Of a stretch of 64,000 nt of DNA, positions 13,775-25,126 are shown piece by piece. A program made the translations under genes and the position numbers. Position 1 is the first letter of the stretch. Each line of letters opens with the position of its first letter. The stretch is taken from positions 62,001 through 126,000 of the forward strand of contig CM039003.1 in assembly GCA_017499595.2 (NCBI GenBank), in the 5' to 3' direction. This stretch comes from Psilocybe cubensis. Lineage: Eukaryota. Below the pieces are notes generated by a model. That model saw only the letters and a list, made by a program, of their open reading frames with translations. It did not search any database and was not told the DNA's origin.

Positions 13775-16168
13775 CTAACCGTGGATCATGGGCACAGTGC
13801 GAACCGAAAGCGCACAGAGGTAGAGGAAGTTGAAGATGCAGATAGACTTCGGGCAAACATAAACAGCCTACCTGAGGGGGATACAAGACTGCTTGTATCC
13901 GTGGATGAATACAAAGACCTTGGTAACAAGGAATCCAAACAGACTAAACAGCAACCCAGACCTCGGGATAATGAGCAAATCGCAAATAAGGAAGCAGACA
14001 AACCGCAGACAAAAATGACGGCGGAAAGACGCCAACCACAGAAAATTAATAAACAGAAATCAATTCAACCTGAGTATACGGGTTATGTCACTCACGACGG
14101 ACTATGGAGATGTGATTATCTCGATGATTCCATCATTGCAAATATAGACAGTGTAGAAAGTTACTGTCAGCCTACGTCATCTAAAGTGAAAACTGAGGAG
14201 TTAGTCACGGATGAAGACGATAAGATCATGATGGCCGAAACAGAGGCTGTTGATTGGACAAACCGTAAGAGATTTTGGGATAGGCCCACACCGCCACCTG
14301 AAATTGACTGGGTTTTTGACCCTCGGATGCCACAAGAGTGGAACGGTATGATGGAGTCGATGACCTCGAACTACTGGGCCAAACGATGGAGTCGGGTATC
14401 GACTACCCCTAGTGAGGTGTATAGACAACCCGAGCCATCCGAAATATCTCAACCGCACGTCATCCGGCTGGAGCCACCAGTGGTGCCAGTACAAATACAC
14501 TATGACGCATCTGAAATATCACTACAAAGTATACGTGAAGACCTCCAAAAACCAGTGAGATTAGCACGTATGGCAGCCGAACGCTACCCTGACAAGGGGA
14601 AGAAAAGGGAGGATGAATATAATAAGGATGATATACCTAAATTAAGACAGCAGTGGCACGACACTTACCAGGATGTAGTACAGGGAACTCGAAATGAACT
14701 CCCACCATTTCGTGAAGTCAATCACGAAATACACTTGATCGATGAATCAAAGAGATACACATATCATTTACCTAGATGCCCGTTGGCGTTACGCGGTGAA
14801 TTTTATAATAAGTTGAACCGCTACCTTGACGCCGGATGGTGGGAGGCAAGAGCTGCATCTCAAGCAGCACCACTAATGTGCATTCCTAAAAAAGATGGGA
14901 AGCTCAGAACTGTAGTCGATGCACGACAACGAAATGACAATACGATTAAGGACGTAACTCCACTCCCAGATCAGGAGATTATTCGTGAAGATGTCGCGCG
15001 GGCGAGATACAGGTCAAAAATTGACCTGGCTGATGCCTATGAACAAGTACGAGTGCGACCGGAAGATGTTTGGAAGACCGCATTCTCAACAATATCAGGG
15101 ACTTATGTGAGCAATGTGGTACAACAAGGAGATTGTAACGCACCCGCTACTTTTCAGCGGTTGATGACATGTATATTCCGAGACGCAATAGGAAGATTTC
15201 TACACGTCTACCTAGATGACATTTTTATATTCACCGACACAATTGAGGAGCACGAAAAAGCATTAAAATATGTTTTTGACAAACTGCGAAAAAACAAGCT
15301 ATACCTGAAATGGACCAAGTGCGAACTGTACGCAGAAAAAATAGACTGCTTGGGACATGTTATCGACGATGCGGGGATACACCCCGATGCTGACAAACTT
15401 GCTAGAATACGGGAGTGGAGAACACCCAGAAACTATAATGATATTCAGAGATTCGTGGGGCTGGTAAACTATGTTGGGGCATTCTTGCCGAACATTACCG
15501 CGTATACAGCCCCCTTGATGAACATGACACAGAATGGTGCACCGTTTTTCTGGCGGCCATTACACCAACGATGCTTCGACATGATAAAGAGAGTATGCTG
15601 TAAAACGCCGATTATACGGCCGATTAATCCTAAGGTTAACGAACCGATATGGGTGATTTGTGATGCCTCGAAGACAGGTGTTGGAGCCATGTATGGTCAG
15701 GGAACATCCTGGACAAAGTGCAGACCAGCGGGCTTCATGTCAAAGAAGTTTACTGATGCACAACAGCATTATGCAGTTCATGAGCTTGAGACGCTTGCCA
15801 TACTCGAGGCACTGATTAAATGGGAAGACAAATTAGTGGGCCAGAAGATACATATTATAACAGACCATAAAGCCCTTGAATTTTTCAAGACCCAGTCTAA
15901 TTTGTCCCACCGACAATGTAGGTGGATGGACTATATGGCGCGTTTTGACTTCGATATTACATATGTAAAAGGCGAATTTAACAAAGTTGCTGATTGTTTA
16001 TCGCGATATTATGAGAGTGACACGCCGTACGACGTACACAAAGTATACGATTACGTTCAGGCGGATGTGCGAATTGATCCCGACGGGGAAGACCTACCCA
16101 AAGAAAGGTCCCGTGAAGTCACTGAACTGCTCGTAGAAATACAAGCAATGCGTACTATTGAGCTACGT
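13775..16168 (+). CDS. pol: Pol segment 1 of element 1 (spacer, reverse transcriptase, RNase H), interrupted by element 2
   Basis: KIDLADAYEQ, QGDCNAPATFQ, VYLDD, ICDAS, ELETLAI, ITDHKAL, NKVADCLSR. Confidence 0.95.
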
Positions 16169-16769
16169 TGTAAGTTTTTCTTTTGATGTGTGCAAGAAAA
16201 CGGAGTTTCTTGAGTAAGGTGCAGACAAGTCGTCGTGCACGCAGGGTCAGATAGTGAGTACAGACGTGTATGGGCAAGTTTGGATTCGGACTGATTCTCT
16301 TCTATCTTGCGGCGGCTTCTTTACTTGCGTACTGCGATTTTAGATACAAATAACGCGATGACTTCGGAGCGGATACGATAATCCAAGCTCAACGACTGAG
16401 TACGAGTAGCTTTCGAGATTTCGAGTGAGTAAATTGACTGCCTCTATCTGGTTTACATAGCTTCTTTATATACTGTTTCTTTCTGTAAATTTTCTTTAAT
16501 AAAATTTTTCTTCCCATCCCGTCCTCGTTGGCTAAACCTCGTACCGTCCCGCTATCCGATGTGCTCCTACTTGCTCCTGCGTCTTCAGAGCATTTCTCGC
16601 GCCATCTCCTAAGTCCACTCCGCGTGACGCTTCCGGTGCCGAGCTTCCGCTGCCGCCATCCCGATCCTTGGCGTCTTGGCTTTGTTGGACTTAGCAAATT
16701 TACCGGTTCTGAGACTTGTTGTTCGTCATTCTGACACTTTCCGTGTCCACCCCGTCTCATGTCTCCACA
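16169..16769 (-). repeat. 3' LTR of element 2
   Basis: Direct repeat of 23691-24291 with no difference spotted by eye; polypurine tract GAGAGGGGG adjacent on the minus strand (16770-16778). Confidence 0.96.
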
Positions 16770-16827
16770 CCCCCTCTCGACTTTTAAATGTTGACGCCCT
16801 CGTCAACCACCCTATTTTCCCATTACC

Positions 16828-17736
16828 ATGTCCGCTCCAGTCTACCAACGAGATCACGTATTGCCGTCTACTCGTCGCACGACCGTGAAGCAGTTTCTGT
16901 CGCTCTTCGCCCCTGGATGGGTCGCTCAAATTCGTAAGGCGGTTGAGACCTTGGTCCCGAGCAATTTCGCCGGCCTTGAGGTCGAAGAGCGAGTGTTGAT
17001 CGCCCCCTCGGCTTCGGCCTTTGATGCACTGTTCCGTGAGGCATGCGCCTCCTTTGATCGGTATTCCTCGTATGTTGACACCTGCTGCCTCGACCTCCTT
17101 CGCTCCGTGCCCCCTATCACCGTGGTTGATATGCAGCAGTTGCTGGCGAACACCCAAAAGCTCCGTGAACGTTCCGAGGTCATCATCGAGCTTGGAGGCA
17201 TTCCTTTCCTGGAGGATCGAGACATCCGACTCATGTGTCTTTGTCTGGCCAAAGCTCGCGCAGGTGCTAATGCTCATGTCACCGCCTATGCCGCCGATGT
17301 GTTCTACGAGTTTCTTCAGCTTGCCACCAACGATCAGCGCCACAAGATTGAGGCGCACTATTATCGTTTTAATGACGATATCATCGACCTCCGCCGTGAA
17401 TTTGAGGAATCCCACCCTTTCGAGCTCACCGAGCGAACGCTCTCTCTTCTTCCGCGTATCCAGCGACTCCTTGACTCCCTTGGTACACCCCTCCCCGACG
17501 TTCCTGACACCGAGTCCCTCGAGACGCGCCTTCACCGATACGAGGAGATTCTTGGAGTCCTTGAGAGTCGCTTTCGTCTTGCAAAGGAACGTTACGACAG
17601 TGACGTGGCTGCTGGGTCTTCTCCCGAGCATCCTAGCGTTCATGCGCGACGGGGTTATTCTACCGAGACCGCTATAATGGTGGAGGATGTTGATTGGTGC
17701 GCAGATTTTCTGTTTATCAGATTTGTGACATGCTAA
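16828..17736 (+). CDS. Accessory ORF antisense to element 2 gag-pol, unknown function
   Basis: 302-codon ATG ORF with helical, charged, protein-like composition, lying between the pol end and the 3' LTR; possible 51-nt intron at 17697-17747. Confidence 0.65.
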   Translation: MSAPVYQRDHVLPSTRRTTVKQFLSLFAPGWVAQIRKAVETLVPSNFAGLEVEERVLIAPSASAFDALFREACASFDRYSSYVDTCCLDLLRSVPPITVVDMQQLLANTQKLRERSEVIIELGGIPFLEDRDIRLMCLCLAKARAGANAHVTAYAADVFYEFLQLATNDQRHKIEAHYYRFNDDIIDLRREFEESHPFELTERTLSLLPRIQRLLDSLGTPLPDVPDTESLETRLHRYEEILGVLESRFRLAKERYDSDVAAGSSPEHPSVHARRGYSTETAIMVEDVDWCADFLFIRFVTC

Positions 17737-17965
17737 CGAGACTGTAGATATGTTTTGAAGTATTTTTGAATGGTGTCGAACGGTTGTATCTTCTGTGTTT
17801 GTTATGGTGTAGATAGGTTTTTTCATGATTGTAAGTTGTAGTGAAAATTTAAATGTAAAAGGAAAAGAGGAGGAGAAAACTGAAATTACGTGCGTGTGTG
17901 TGAGATGAGAGCACCTAGATATTGTTTTGCTGGTGCGTTGGACCTTGTGCTCGCGCCCCGTCTGA

Positions 17966-20900
17966 TCATTGCTCCTCGTCGCCGTCTTCTTTGCCTTCCA
18001 TAGAGTCGAGAAAGGACTCGTCTTCTTCAATGAGCTTGGTGATAGGAATTGCGTGTTTGCTTCTGGGATAGTACGGAAACAGACGAAAGGCTGCGTATCG
18101 AAGGCGTGATAGAGTTCCATCCACTTCCGCCAGGATGTAGGATCCCATTTTTGTTCTTCGGACCACGACCATCGGTCCCATGTATCGGGGTTTTGTTTTG
18201 CTTCCCAGTTCCTTATCGTCTTTTGAGTTTCTCACCAAGACTAGTGCTCCAGGCTGGAAGTTAAAGTCAATCGGCGCTATTCTGTGTTCGCGTTCCTTAT
18301 TTTCGATAGCCTTCCATCGTGCTGTGACGATTTTGTCTTTTACCGTTTCCAGGTCGTCTTCCCTTTTCATGAGCATTTTGGCTCGCTGAGCAACTAAATC
18401 GGTTGTAGACATCTGGTCTCCTCCTGGTGCTAGGTAGGTGCACTCGGCTAAGTCAAATGGCAACAGGGGTTCTACACCGTGAGCTAAAAAGAATGGGGAA
18501 TACCCTGTGCTTTTCTGTATAGTCACTCGTTCTGCCCAAAATGCTGCAGGTGCTACTTCGGGCCATCGAGATTCAACCCCTTCCGCCGCTTTCATGATTG
18601 CTTCCCGTACGTCAAAGTGTCGACGTTCTATGATGCCTTGTGCTCGCGAGTTGTATGGTGAGATCTTGATATGGTGGATTCCATATTTGTCTGCCAGGTA
18701 TTCGGCCGCGGCTATGTACTGCGGTGCGTTGTCTGTGACCAGTTCCTCCAGTGCTCCCCATCTACATAAAACCTGTGTGAACAGAAATTCCCCTATTGTT
18801 CTCGCATTTTCGGCTTTGAGTTTTGCCCATTCGGGGTAGGAGGTCAGGCTACACCTCCCGTGCACAATATATCTGAAGCCTCCGGCTTTAGGCATAAGCA
18901 TAGTGTCAACGTACATTTTTCGGAAGAGCCCACGCGGCGTCGCCACTGTAGGCGGTATGCGAATCTTTGCGAGCTGACGTGTCTGACATTCGTGACAAGT
19001 GCGCAGGTACCACCTGACGTCGTCGTCCATGTGCGGCCACCAGAATCGTTCCAGCAGTCGGGTACGCACGGAGAAAAACCCCTTGTGGCCCAGGCCGTCG
19101 TGCGCCTGTCGCACGATATCCTGCCTTTTATCAATAGGTACCACAAGTTTGTGCCGCCCGTTGGCATCCTTTTTCCAGAGTTTATTGTCTTTCACAAAGA
19201 AATCAGACGCTCGGCGGATGAACCGCTTTTGTTCACCAGGATTCATGGATGATGCAAACGTCAGCGGGCTTCTGAGAAAAGATGCTATGATATCAAGTTC
19301 TTGGTCGCGTTTTTCAGCTTGTGTTGTTCTGGGAAAATTGTCCGACCACGCCAAGAGCGCCATGCCCCATACATCGTTGAGTTTATTACCGCTCGCGGTA
19401 CTTGGCAATATCTCGTTATTTGGTGAGGGCTTGGGGGGCAGATTGTAAGCGCCCATAGCGTTTATCGCTTCCACCGCAAATCCACAAGCCTCATCAATCC
19501 AGTCTTCCACGTCTTTGTCATCGTCGACCTCATTATCCCCTAAGCCACGCCTGGACAAACCGTCAGCCGCAGAGTGGTCTTTTCCGGGTACGTGCCGTAG
19601 TTCAAAGTCAAACAATTGAATACCCGCGATCCATCGATTCACAGCCGCATTAGGGACAATATCCGGGTTGTTGAGCATCCCCTTGATATACTTTGCATCC
19701 ACTTCGAGTACCAGCTTCTTCACACCGATAATGTAGACCCTTGCCTGCATAAGCGCCACGAATGCTCCAAATAGCTCAAGCTTGGCTTGTGAATATCGTT
19801 GTTCCCTGTCATTGAAGGTCCGCGATCCGTATCTGCATGGGTACAGCTTGCCGTCATCCCCCTTCTGCGAAATTATCCAGCCCACGCCTTTCCAGGATGA
19901 GTCCACGGCGAGAATAACTTCGTTTTCGGATGCGTAATCGATTGGCTTGATTGCTGTGCAGTTTTCGGCCAACATCTTCAAGGTATTCATTGCAAACAAC
20001 TGTTCCTCCTCGAAGACAAACTCACTATCTTTCTTTGTTAGCTCAACCAAGGGTTTTGCGTGCTTTGCAAAATCCTTTATAAACATTCGGATTGTTCCAA
20101 GTGTCCCCAGGAAGCCTCTCACGTCCGACACAGTTTTGCACACAGGCCAGTCACTTATTTTCTGCACCCTTGACTGCAGAGGTCGTCGGCCTTCGTAGGT
20201 GCACTCGTGACCCACAATCACCGCTGTAGGTGCGCAGAGTGTTGATTTCTTTCCCGAAAATGTGCCGCCTGCATGTCGCACTCTTTGTATAACCCTGTTG
20301 ACGTTTTGGAGATGCTCCCATACAAAGCGCCGGATGCCAGGGTTTTCGGGTATGGTTTCATATGATCCCAAGCCATCCTCATATCTCGTATTGGGCCCCT
20401 TCACAGGAATGTCGTCCACAAATGGTATGGTGACGTGCGGAATCTCATCCTGTAGTAAGAATGTAGTGTCGCCGTGTTGTATTTGCATTGAATTCGTATA
20501 ACCCATAGGTATACAGGTCAGTCTCATGGTTCCCAGGGGCGATTGAAACGTAGTGAGGTCTCTTGATTCCTTAGCTAGCTCCCTCTGATCAAATCCCACG
20601 AATAGGTCGAACATTCCGTAGCAGGCCTTTCCTCCAAACGACTCCGCATAGGGTTCTATCACCGGTGGGACCCCACTATCTTTAATGGTGACTGAGTTCA
20701 ACATTCTCAGATCATGGACTATTCTAATGGCGTTTTTGTCCTTCTTTGGGACCCAGAACCACGGAGACCGGTACGACGAGCTTGATGGTTCGATGACCCC
20801 TGATTCCAGTTTGTCTTTTAGAACCGCCACCACTTTGTCATAGATCCCTGGAGGGATTGGTATGTTTTTCTGCACCCAAGGTACGTGTTCCACTGTTGGT

Positions 20901-23386
20901 ATTACGACGGGTTCAAAGTAGTCACTCCTAAATTTCCCTTTCTCGGATTCATCCCATGCAAAGCCTGTTTCGTGCGCTTTAATCATATAGTGCACCAGTT
21001 TCTCCTCCTCTGGCCAGAGAAACCCATCCGGATTGACGTTCATAGCTTCCATTCTTTCCCGAGTGTATCGCGTTCCTGGCGCAAAATTGGGTGGGTGATG
21101 TGGTAGTGCGGGCATGCTAGATAGCGGGTCCTCGGGGATTCGTCGTGAAACCCGAAATTTTTCTGGCAGCGTTGTTGCTACTGGTTTAATGCGGTTTTCT
21201 ACCTTTTTATACGCGCATATTGCAACTTCGACAGCTTCTTGTAATATATCAGGCATATTGCCTTCCCATTTCACCTCCCACATGTCGTCGATATCGCTTT
21301 CTTCGTCTTGCGTGGGGCTATCGGTTTCGTCGCTGTCGCTTTCTTCATCATCTGTTGTCTCCACTTCTTCCAGTTCTGGTGGCTCGTCTTCGGGGCTATC
21401 TTGGTACCTGCAATGTTCTTCTACCCCAAAGAATCCCGTCAACACTTCATCGTCACTTTTAGACTCACCTCTCCTCGCATGAGTGGGCACCGTGATTTCC
21501 GCATTGGTGTTGGGGTCCTTCAACGTCAGGTGGGCTGATCCGTCTGCAAAGTGACTCATCACGGCCGTAGTGAGTGTGAGGAATGGTCTGCCCAGCAGCA
21601 TCTCGTATGGTGCGTTTTCCAGCACTTGCACTTGTAGATAGAAGTCGTAACCCCCTATGACTACCTTCATGTCATGTAGCAAACCATTCGTGTTGGCCGT
21701 TGTTGCATTAGCCGAGACCATCCTCATAAGATGATCTGATCGTAATGGTGCTCCCAGCTTCTCCCAGATGTCCTTCCTGACAGCAACAATCTGACATCCA
21801 TCGTCGAGTAGCGCTTCTGTAGTAATTTTTCCATCGAGCAGGAGGTCAATTCCCCGCAGATCTTCCACATGTTTAGCCACGATCAAACCATCTTTGCGGA
21901 CTGGAAGTGTTTTTCCACTCGCATGCAGGCCTTGGCTTGTTTTAACGTTAACATTGAAAGCCGCTCCCGTTGGCGTGACCCTTTTCGTTACGATTTTATC
22001 TTTGACTGCCTTTCGTATTTCAGGGGCAACTGCAAGGAGTTCCCTGGTGGTAAGAGTTACTGTAGCTTCCAGTCCTTTAGCCAACACAGCCTCCGTGATC
22101 GCCGTGTCTTCTATTGGTGATGAATATTTGTATTGTGGCCCCTGCTCTGGTTGCGAACTCGTGTTTGCTCCTTCGCTCGTCCTTTCCTTTTCCGCCATGC
22201 TTCTCGTGACAGGACCTGTGTGCTTCCCTCCCGAACTCACACCAAATTTTCGCCTTGTCTCGTCAATTTTCTTCTGCGTGCTCACAGCCAGGGTTTCCAG
22301 TAGTCGGAGTTCTTCCCTTTCCCTCTTTGTTGGTTCCCTTGTCTGTTCAATGGACTCCGTGTATATTTCTTCTATGTGCGCGTTTTGTGTTTCCTCGACC
22401 TGGACAACATTTGCCGAGACCGATGGCAGATTATTTGCACGCCAATTATCTATTTTCTCCTTCAAATTCTTCCCAGTGGACCCATAACTGTTTATTCTTG
22501 ACCCATCGGAAAGCGTGATTTGGTTGGAGCTGCTGTCGCGCTTACACCATCCGTTCTGCAGGTATTCTTGTAGTTTGAGGCACCTATTCATGTAGTGGGA
22601 TGGGTCGGAGCAGAACGTGCAGTCGTTTGACCTGGGCATTAGATGAGGCGGCGCCTGGCGGTTGAATCCTTCGTGCGTGCTTCCGTATCCTTGATTCATT
22701 CCTAATTTTTGCATTAACGCAAGCGTAATCCGATCCACCAGCTTGTCTTCGTCGATTCTGGGGCTAACCACTTCTTGTTTTACCGTTACCTTCTTAGGTT
22801 CTTCCACTGTTCCACCCCCACCGCCTTCTTTGGATAGCACAAATATAGCCGCATCGCATATTTCTTTCAACGTCCAGGGGTCGTCTGGGTGGTGTTGCGG
22901 ATTCTCGAGCCTGAGTTGTTCCCTTACTTCCCTCCGGAAATTGAGATGGAGGCCCTGGATGAAGTAGTTGCTTATTTCCCTGTCGGTGAGTCTTTGCTTT
23001 TTGACAAGAAAATTTGATATCTTTTTAAATTCTCTAAAGTATTCCCCGAATTTGTTTTGTGATTTCATACCCACGGTTGCGTTCTCTTCGGTGAGTATCT
23101 GTAGGTCGTGGACTGAGTATTTCCTGTCTCCAGCTGCTCCCGGGTACATTTCGACAACTTCTTTCTTAAATGTCGACCAATTTCCTTCCTGGGCTGATGG
23201 CAGGTCTTTCCACAAGTCATACTCTCCCGAAGGAATGTATCGCAATGCCCAGTCTATAATTGCTTGCTCATCGAGTTCGCAAGCCTCTCCCTGCCGGTGA
23301 ACTTCGTCTAGGAATCTAATGAGCGATTCTGGTTTGAGGTCAAATTTTGGTGCGGAGTGGTGACCGGGTGCTAGCATTTCGGGCAT
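17966..23386 (-). CDS. gag-pol: Gag-Pol polyprotein of element 2 (1806 aa, single ORF)
   Basis: CTFCSDPSHYMNRC knuckle, LLDDGCQ protease, FVDD RT, AVDSS RNase H, HDGLGH...CHEC and the integrase core; no chromodomain seen. Confidence 0.96.
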   Translation of the reverse strand: MPEMLAPGHHSAPKFDLKPESLIRFLDEVHRQGEACELDEQAIIDWALRYIPSGEYDLWKDLPSAQEGNWSTFKKEVVEMYPGAAGDRKYSVHDLQILTEENATVGMKSQNKFGEYFREFKKISNFLVKKQRLTDREISNYFIQGLHLNFRREVREQLRLENPQHHPDDPWTLKEICDAAIFVLSKEGGGGGTVEEPKKVTVKQEVVSPRIDEDKLVDRITLALMQKLGMNQGYGSTHEGFNRQAPPHLMPRSNDCTFCSDPSHYMNRCLKLQEYLQNGWCKRDSSSNQITLSDGSRINSYGSTGKNLKEKIDNWRANNLPSVSANVVQVEETQNAHIEEIYTESIEQTREPTKREREELRLLETLAVSTQKKIDETRRKFGVSSGGKHTGPVTRSMAEKERTSEGANTSSQPEQGPQYKYSSPIEDTAITEAVLAKGLEATVTLTTRELLAVAPEIRKAVKDKIVTKRVTPTGAAFNVNVKTSQGLHASGKTLPVRKDGLIVAKHVEDLRGIDLLLDGKITTEALLDDGCQIVAVRKDIWEKLGAPLRSDHLMRMVSANATTANTNGLLHDMKVVIGGYDFYLQVQVLENAPYEMLLGRPFLTLTTAVMSHFADGSAHLTLKDPNTNAEITVPTHARRGESKSDDEVLTGFFGVEEHCRYQDSPEDEPPELEEVETTDDEESDSDETDSPTQDEESDIDDMWEVKWEGNMPDILQEAVEVAICAYKKVENRIKPVATTLPEKFRVSRRIPEDPLSSMPALPHHPPNFAPGTRYTRERMEAMNVNPDGFLWPEEEKLVHYMIKAHETGFAWDESEKGKFRSDYFEPVVIPTVEHVPWVQKNIPIPPGIYDKVVAVLKDKLESGVIEPSSSSYRSPWFWVPKKDKNAIRIVHDLRMLNSVTIKDSGVPPVIEPYAESFGGKACYGMFDLFVGFDQRELAKESRDLTTFQSPLGTMRLTCIPMGYTNSMQIQHGDTTFLLQDEIPHVTIPFVDDIPVKGPNTRYEDGLGSYETIPENPGIRRFVWEHLQNVNRVIQRVRHAGGTFSGKKSTLCAPTAVIVGHECTYEGRRPLQSRVQKISDWPVCKTVSDVRGFLGTLGTIRMFIKDFAKHAKPLVELTKKDSEFVFEEEQLFAMNTLKMLAENCTAIKPIDYASENEVILAVDSSWKGVGWIISQKGDDGKLYPCRYGSRTFNDREQRYSQAKLELFGAFVALMQARVYIIGVKKLVLEVDAKYIKGMLNNPDIVPNAAVNRWIAGIQLFDFELRHVPGKDHSAADGLSRRGLGDNEVDDDKDVEDWIDEACGFAVEAINAMGAYNLPPKPSPNNEILPSTASGNKLNDVWGMALLAWSDNFPRTTQAEKRDQELDIIASFLRSPLTFASSMNPGEQKRFIRRASDFFVKDNKLWKKDANGRHKLVVPIDKRQDIVRQAHDGLGHKGFFSVRTRLLERFWWPHMDDDVRWYLRTCHECQTRQLAKIRIPPTVATPRGLFRKMYVDTMLMPKAGGFRYIVHGRCSLTSYPEWAKLKAENARTIGEFLFTQVLCRWGALEELVTDNAPQYIAAAEYLADKYGIHHIKISPYNSRAQGIIERRHFDVREAIMKAAEGVESRWPEVAPAAFWAERVTIQKSTGYSPFFLAHGVEPLLPFDLAECTYLAPGGDQMSTTDLVAQRAKMLMKREDDLETVKDKIVTARWKAIENKEREHRIAPIDFNFQPGALVLVRNSKDDKELGSKTKPRYMGPMVVVRRTKMGSYILAEVDGTLSRLRYAAFRLFPYYPRSKHAIPITKLIEEDESFLDSMEGKEDGDEEQ

Positions 23387-23670
23387 CGTTTTTCGTGGTG
23401 TTTGTTTTGCGCTATTTGAGTTCTGACTCTGATTATTGGTTCGCGATGTGGCTCGAGTAATTCTTCGGTTGCTGTTACTGTTGGTTACTATACTCCAGTC
23501 GACGGGTACAAAACGTGGCGGCGTGTATGATGAATCTGACGAGCTTGAGTTGTCTGTGTCTGAGTCTGTAGTCTCCGAGCCGAAAAATTCGTTGCACGAT
23601 CTGTAGTCCGAAATTCTTGATGCTGAGTTATCCAGTTGGCCTTAGTGTGTCTGTGCTTTCACTGGTCTGA

Positions 23671-23688
23671 CCCTCGCGGTGGGCTCCA
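23671..23688 (-). promoter_or_regulatory. tRNA primer-binding site of element 2
   Basis: Minus-strand TGGAGCCCACCGCGAGGG starts 2 nt after the 5' LTR. It is complementary to a tRNA ending ...GGUGGGCUCCA; tRNA-Thr is a guess. Confidence 0.8.
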
Positions 23689-23690
23689 GT

Positions 23691-24291
23691 TGTAAGTTTT
23701 TCTTTTGATGTGTGCAAGAAAACGGAGTTTCTTGAGTAAGGTGCAGACAAGTCGTCGTGCACGCAGGGTCAGATAGTGAGTACAGACGTGTATGGGCAAG
23801 TTTGGATTCGGACTGATTCTCTTCTATCTTGCGGCGGCTTCTTTACTTGCGTACTGCGATTTTAGATACAAATAACGCGATGACTTCGGAGCGGATACGA
23901 TAATCCAAGCTCAACGACTGAGTACGAGTAGCTTTCGAGATTTCGAGTGAGTAAATTGACTGCCTCTATCTGGTTTACATAGCTTCTTTATATACTGTTT
24001 CTTTCTGTAAATTTTCTTTAATAAAATTTTTCTTCCCATCCCGTCCTCGTTGGCTAAACCTCGTACCGTCCCGCTATCCGATGTGCTCCTACTTGCTCCT
24101 GCGTCTTCAGAGCATTTCTCGCGCCATCTCCTAAGTCCACTCCGCGTGACGCTTCCGGTGCCGAGCTTCCGCTGCCGCCATCCCGATCCTTGGCGTCTTG
24201 GCTTTGTTGGACTTAGCAAATTTACCGGTTCTGAGACTTGTTGTTCGTCATTCTGACACTTTCCGTGTCCACCCCGTCTCATGTCTCCACA
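23691..24291 (-). repeat. 5' LTR of element 2
   Basis: TG...CA termini; direct repeat of 16169-16769. Confidence 0.96.
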
Positions 24292-24295
24292 ACGT

Positions 24296-25027
24296 CGCAG
24301 CCAGCGGCTGCGCGAACGGCAGGAAGAGCGTGATGTTGAGGCACGGCTCCTCAAGGAAGGGGGGGGAGAGCCTGTTGTTCAGGACCACAAATCAAATAGT
24401 AAAAATATAACATTAGAAGAATCTATCCATCGGGATGGAACCAATGAGGAGTTACCGATCAGTACAACAGACGACTTTATGGACAATATACGCACCGGGT
24501 ACAATCAGGACAAGATGTTTTCTGAAGTACTGAACCAGCCGGAACGCTTCAATCGCTTCTCGATAAGCGATGGTATAATATGGTATAGTGCACCCGGGGA
24601 AGAAAAGGTTATTGGAGTACCTCGAGTACGTGAACTAATCACTAACCTGGTGCAGGAAGCACATAAGTGTGTCGGGCACTTTGCTACCCAAAAAACGCTG
24701 AGTTACTTGCGGCGATGGTACTGGTGGCCCCATATGGCAAAGGACGTGGAATCCTTTTGCAAGACCTGCGAAGCGTGTCAACGAGCAAAAGTTATAAATA
24801 ATAAACCAGCGGGAAAACTTCACAGTTTACCCATACCCACTAAACCCTGGGACTCAATAGGGATGGACTTTATAGGTCCATTCCCCGAGGTCAGAGGGTA
24901 TAACTATGTCTGGGTGATCATATGCCACATGACGAGTATGGTACATTTAATACCTGTTAACACAAAGATGACAGCTAATCAATTATCATGGGTGTACATG
25001 AGAGAAATTGTTCGATTACATGGCTTA
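24296..25027 (+). CDS. pol: Pol segment 2 of element 1 (integrase zinc-binding domain and start of core)
   Basis: AHKCVGH...CKTCEAC, PWDSIGMDF, EIVRLHGL; in frame with segments 1 and 3 once the insertions are removed. Confidence 0.93.
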
Positions 25028-25126
25028 CTTGTTTTAGTAGGCCACCGCGGAGCGTGGCATGACAAGTCTTTACAATTCAGCGTCACGCTTTGTAATAATA
25101 TAATATATATATAATATAATATAAAT

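Larger units (their letters stand above)
16169..24291 (-). mobile_element. Ty3/Gypsy LTR retrotransposon (element 2), full length, inserted in pol of element 1
   Basis: 601-bp LTRs; 4-bp TSD ACGT (16165-16168, 24292-24295); removal restores ...IELR-RSQR... in frame; PBS and PPT present. Confidence 0.97.

Noticed and set aside
16389-16888. Duplicated short ORFs, also at 23911-24410
   Set aside because: They lie within the element 2 LTRs and are duplicated for that reason.
16726-18120. 464-codon minus-strand ORF
   Set aside because: It is mostly the shadow of the plus-strand 302-aa ORF, overlaps the pol end and LTR, and has no convincing protein features.
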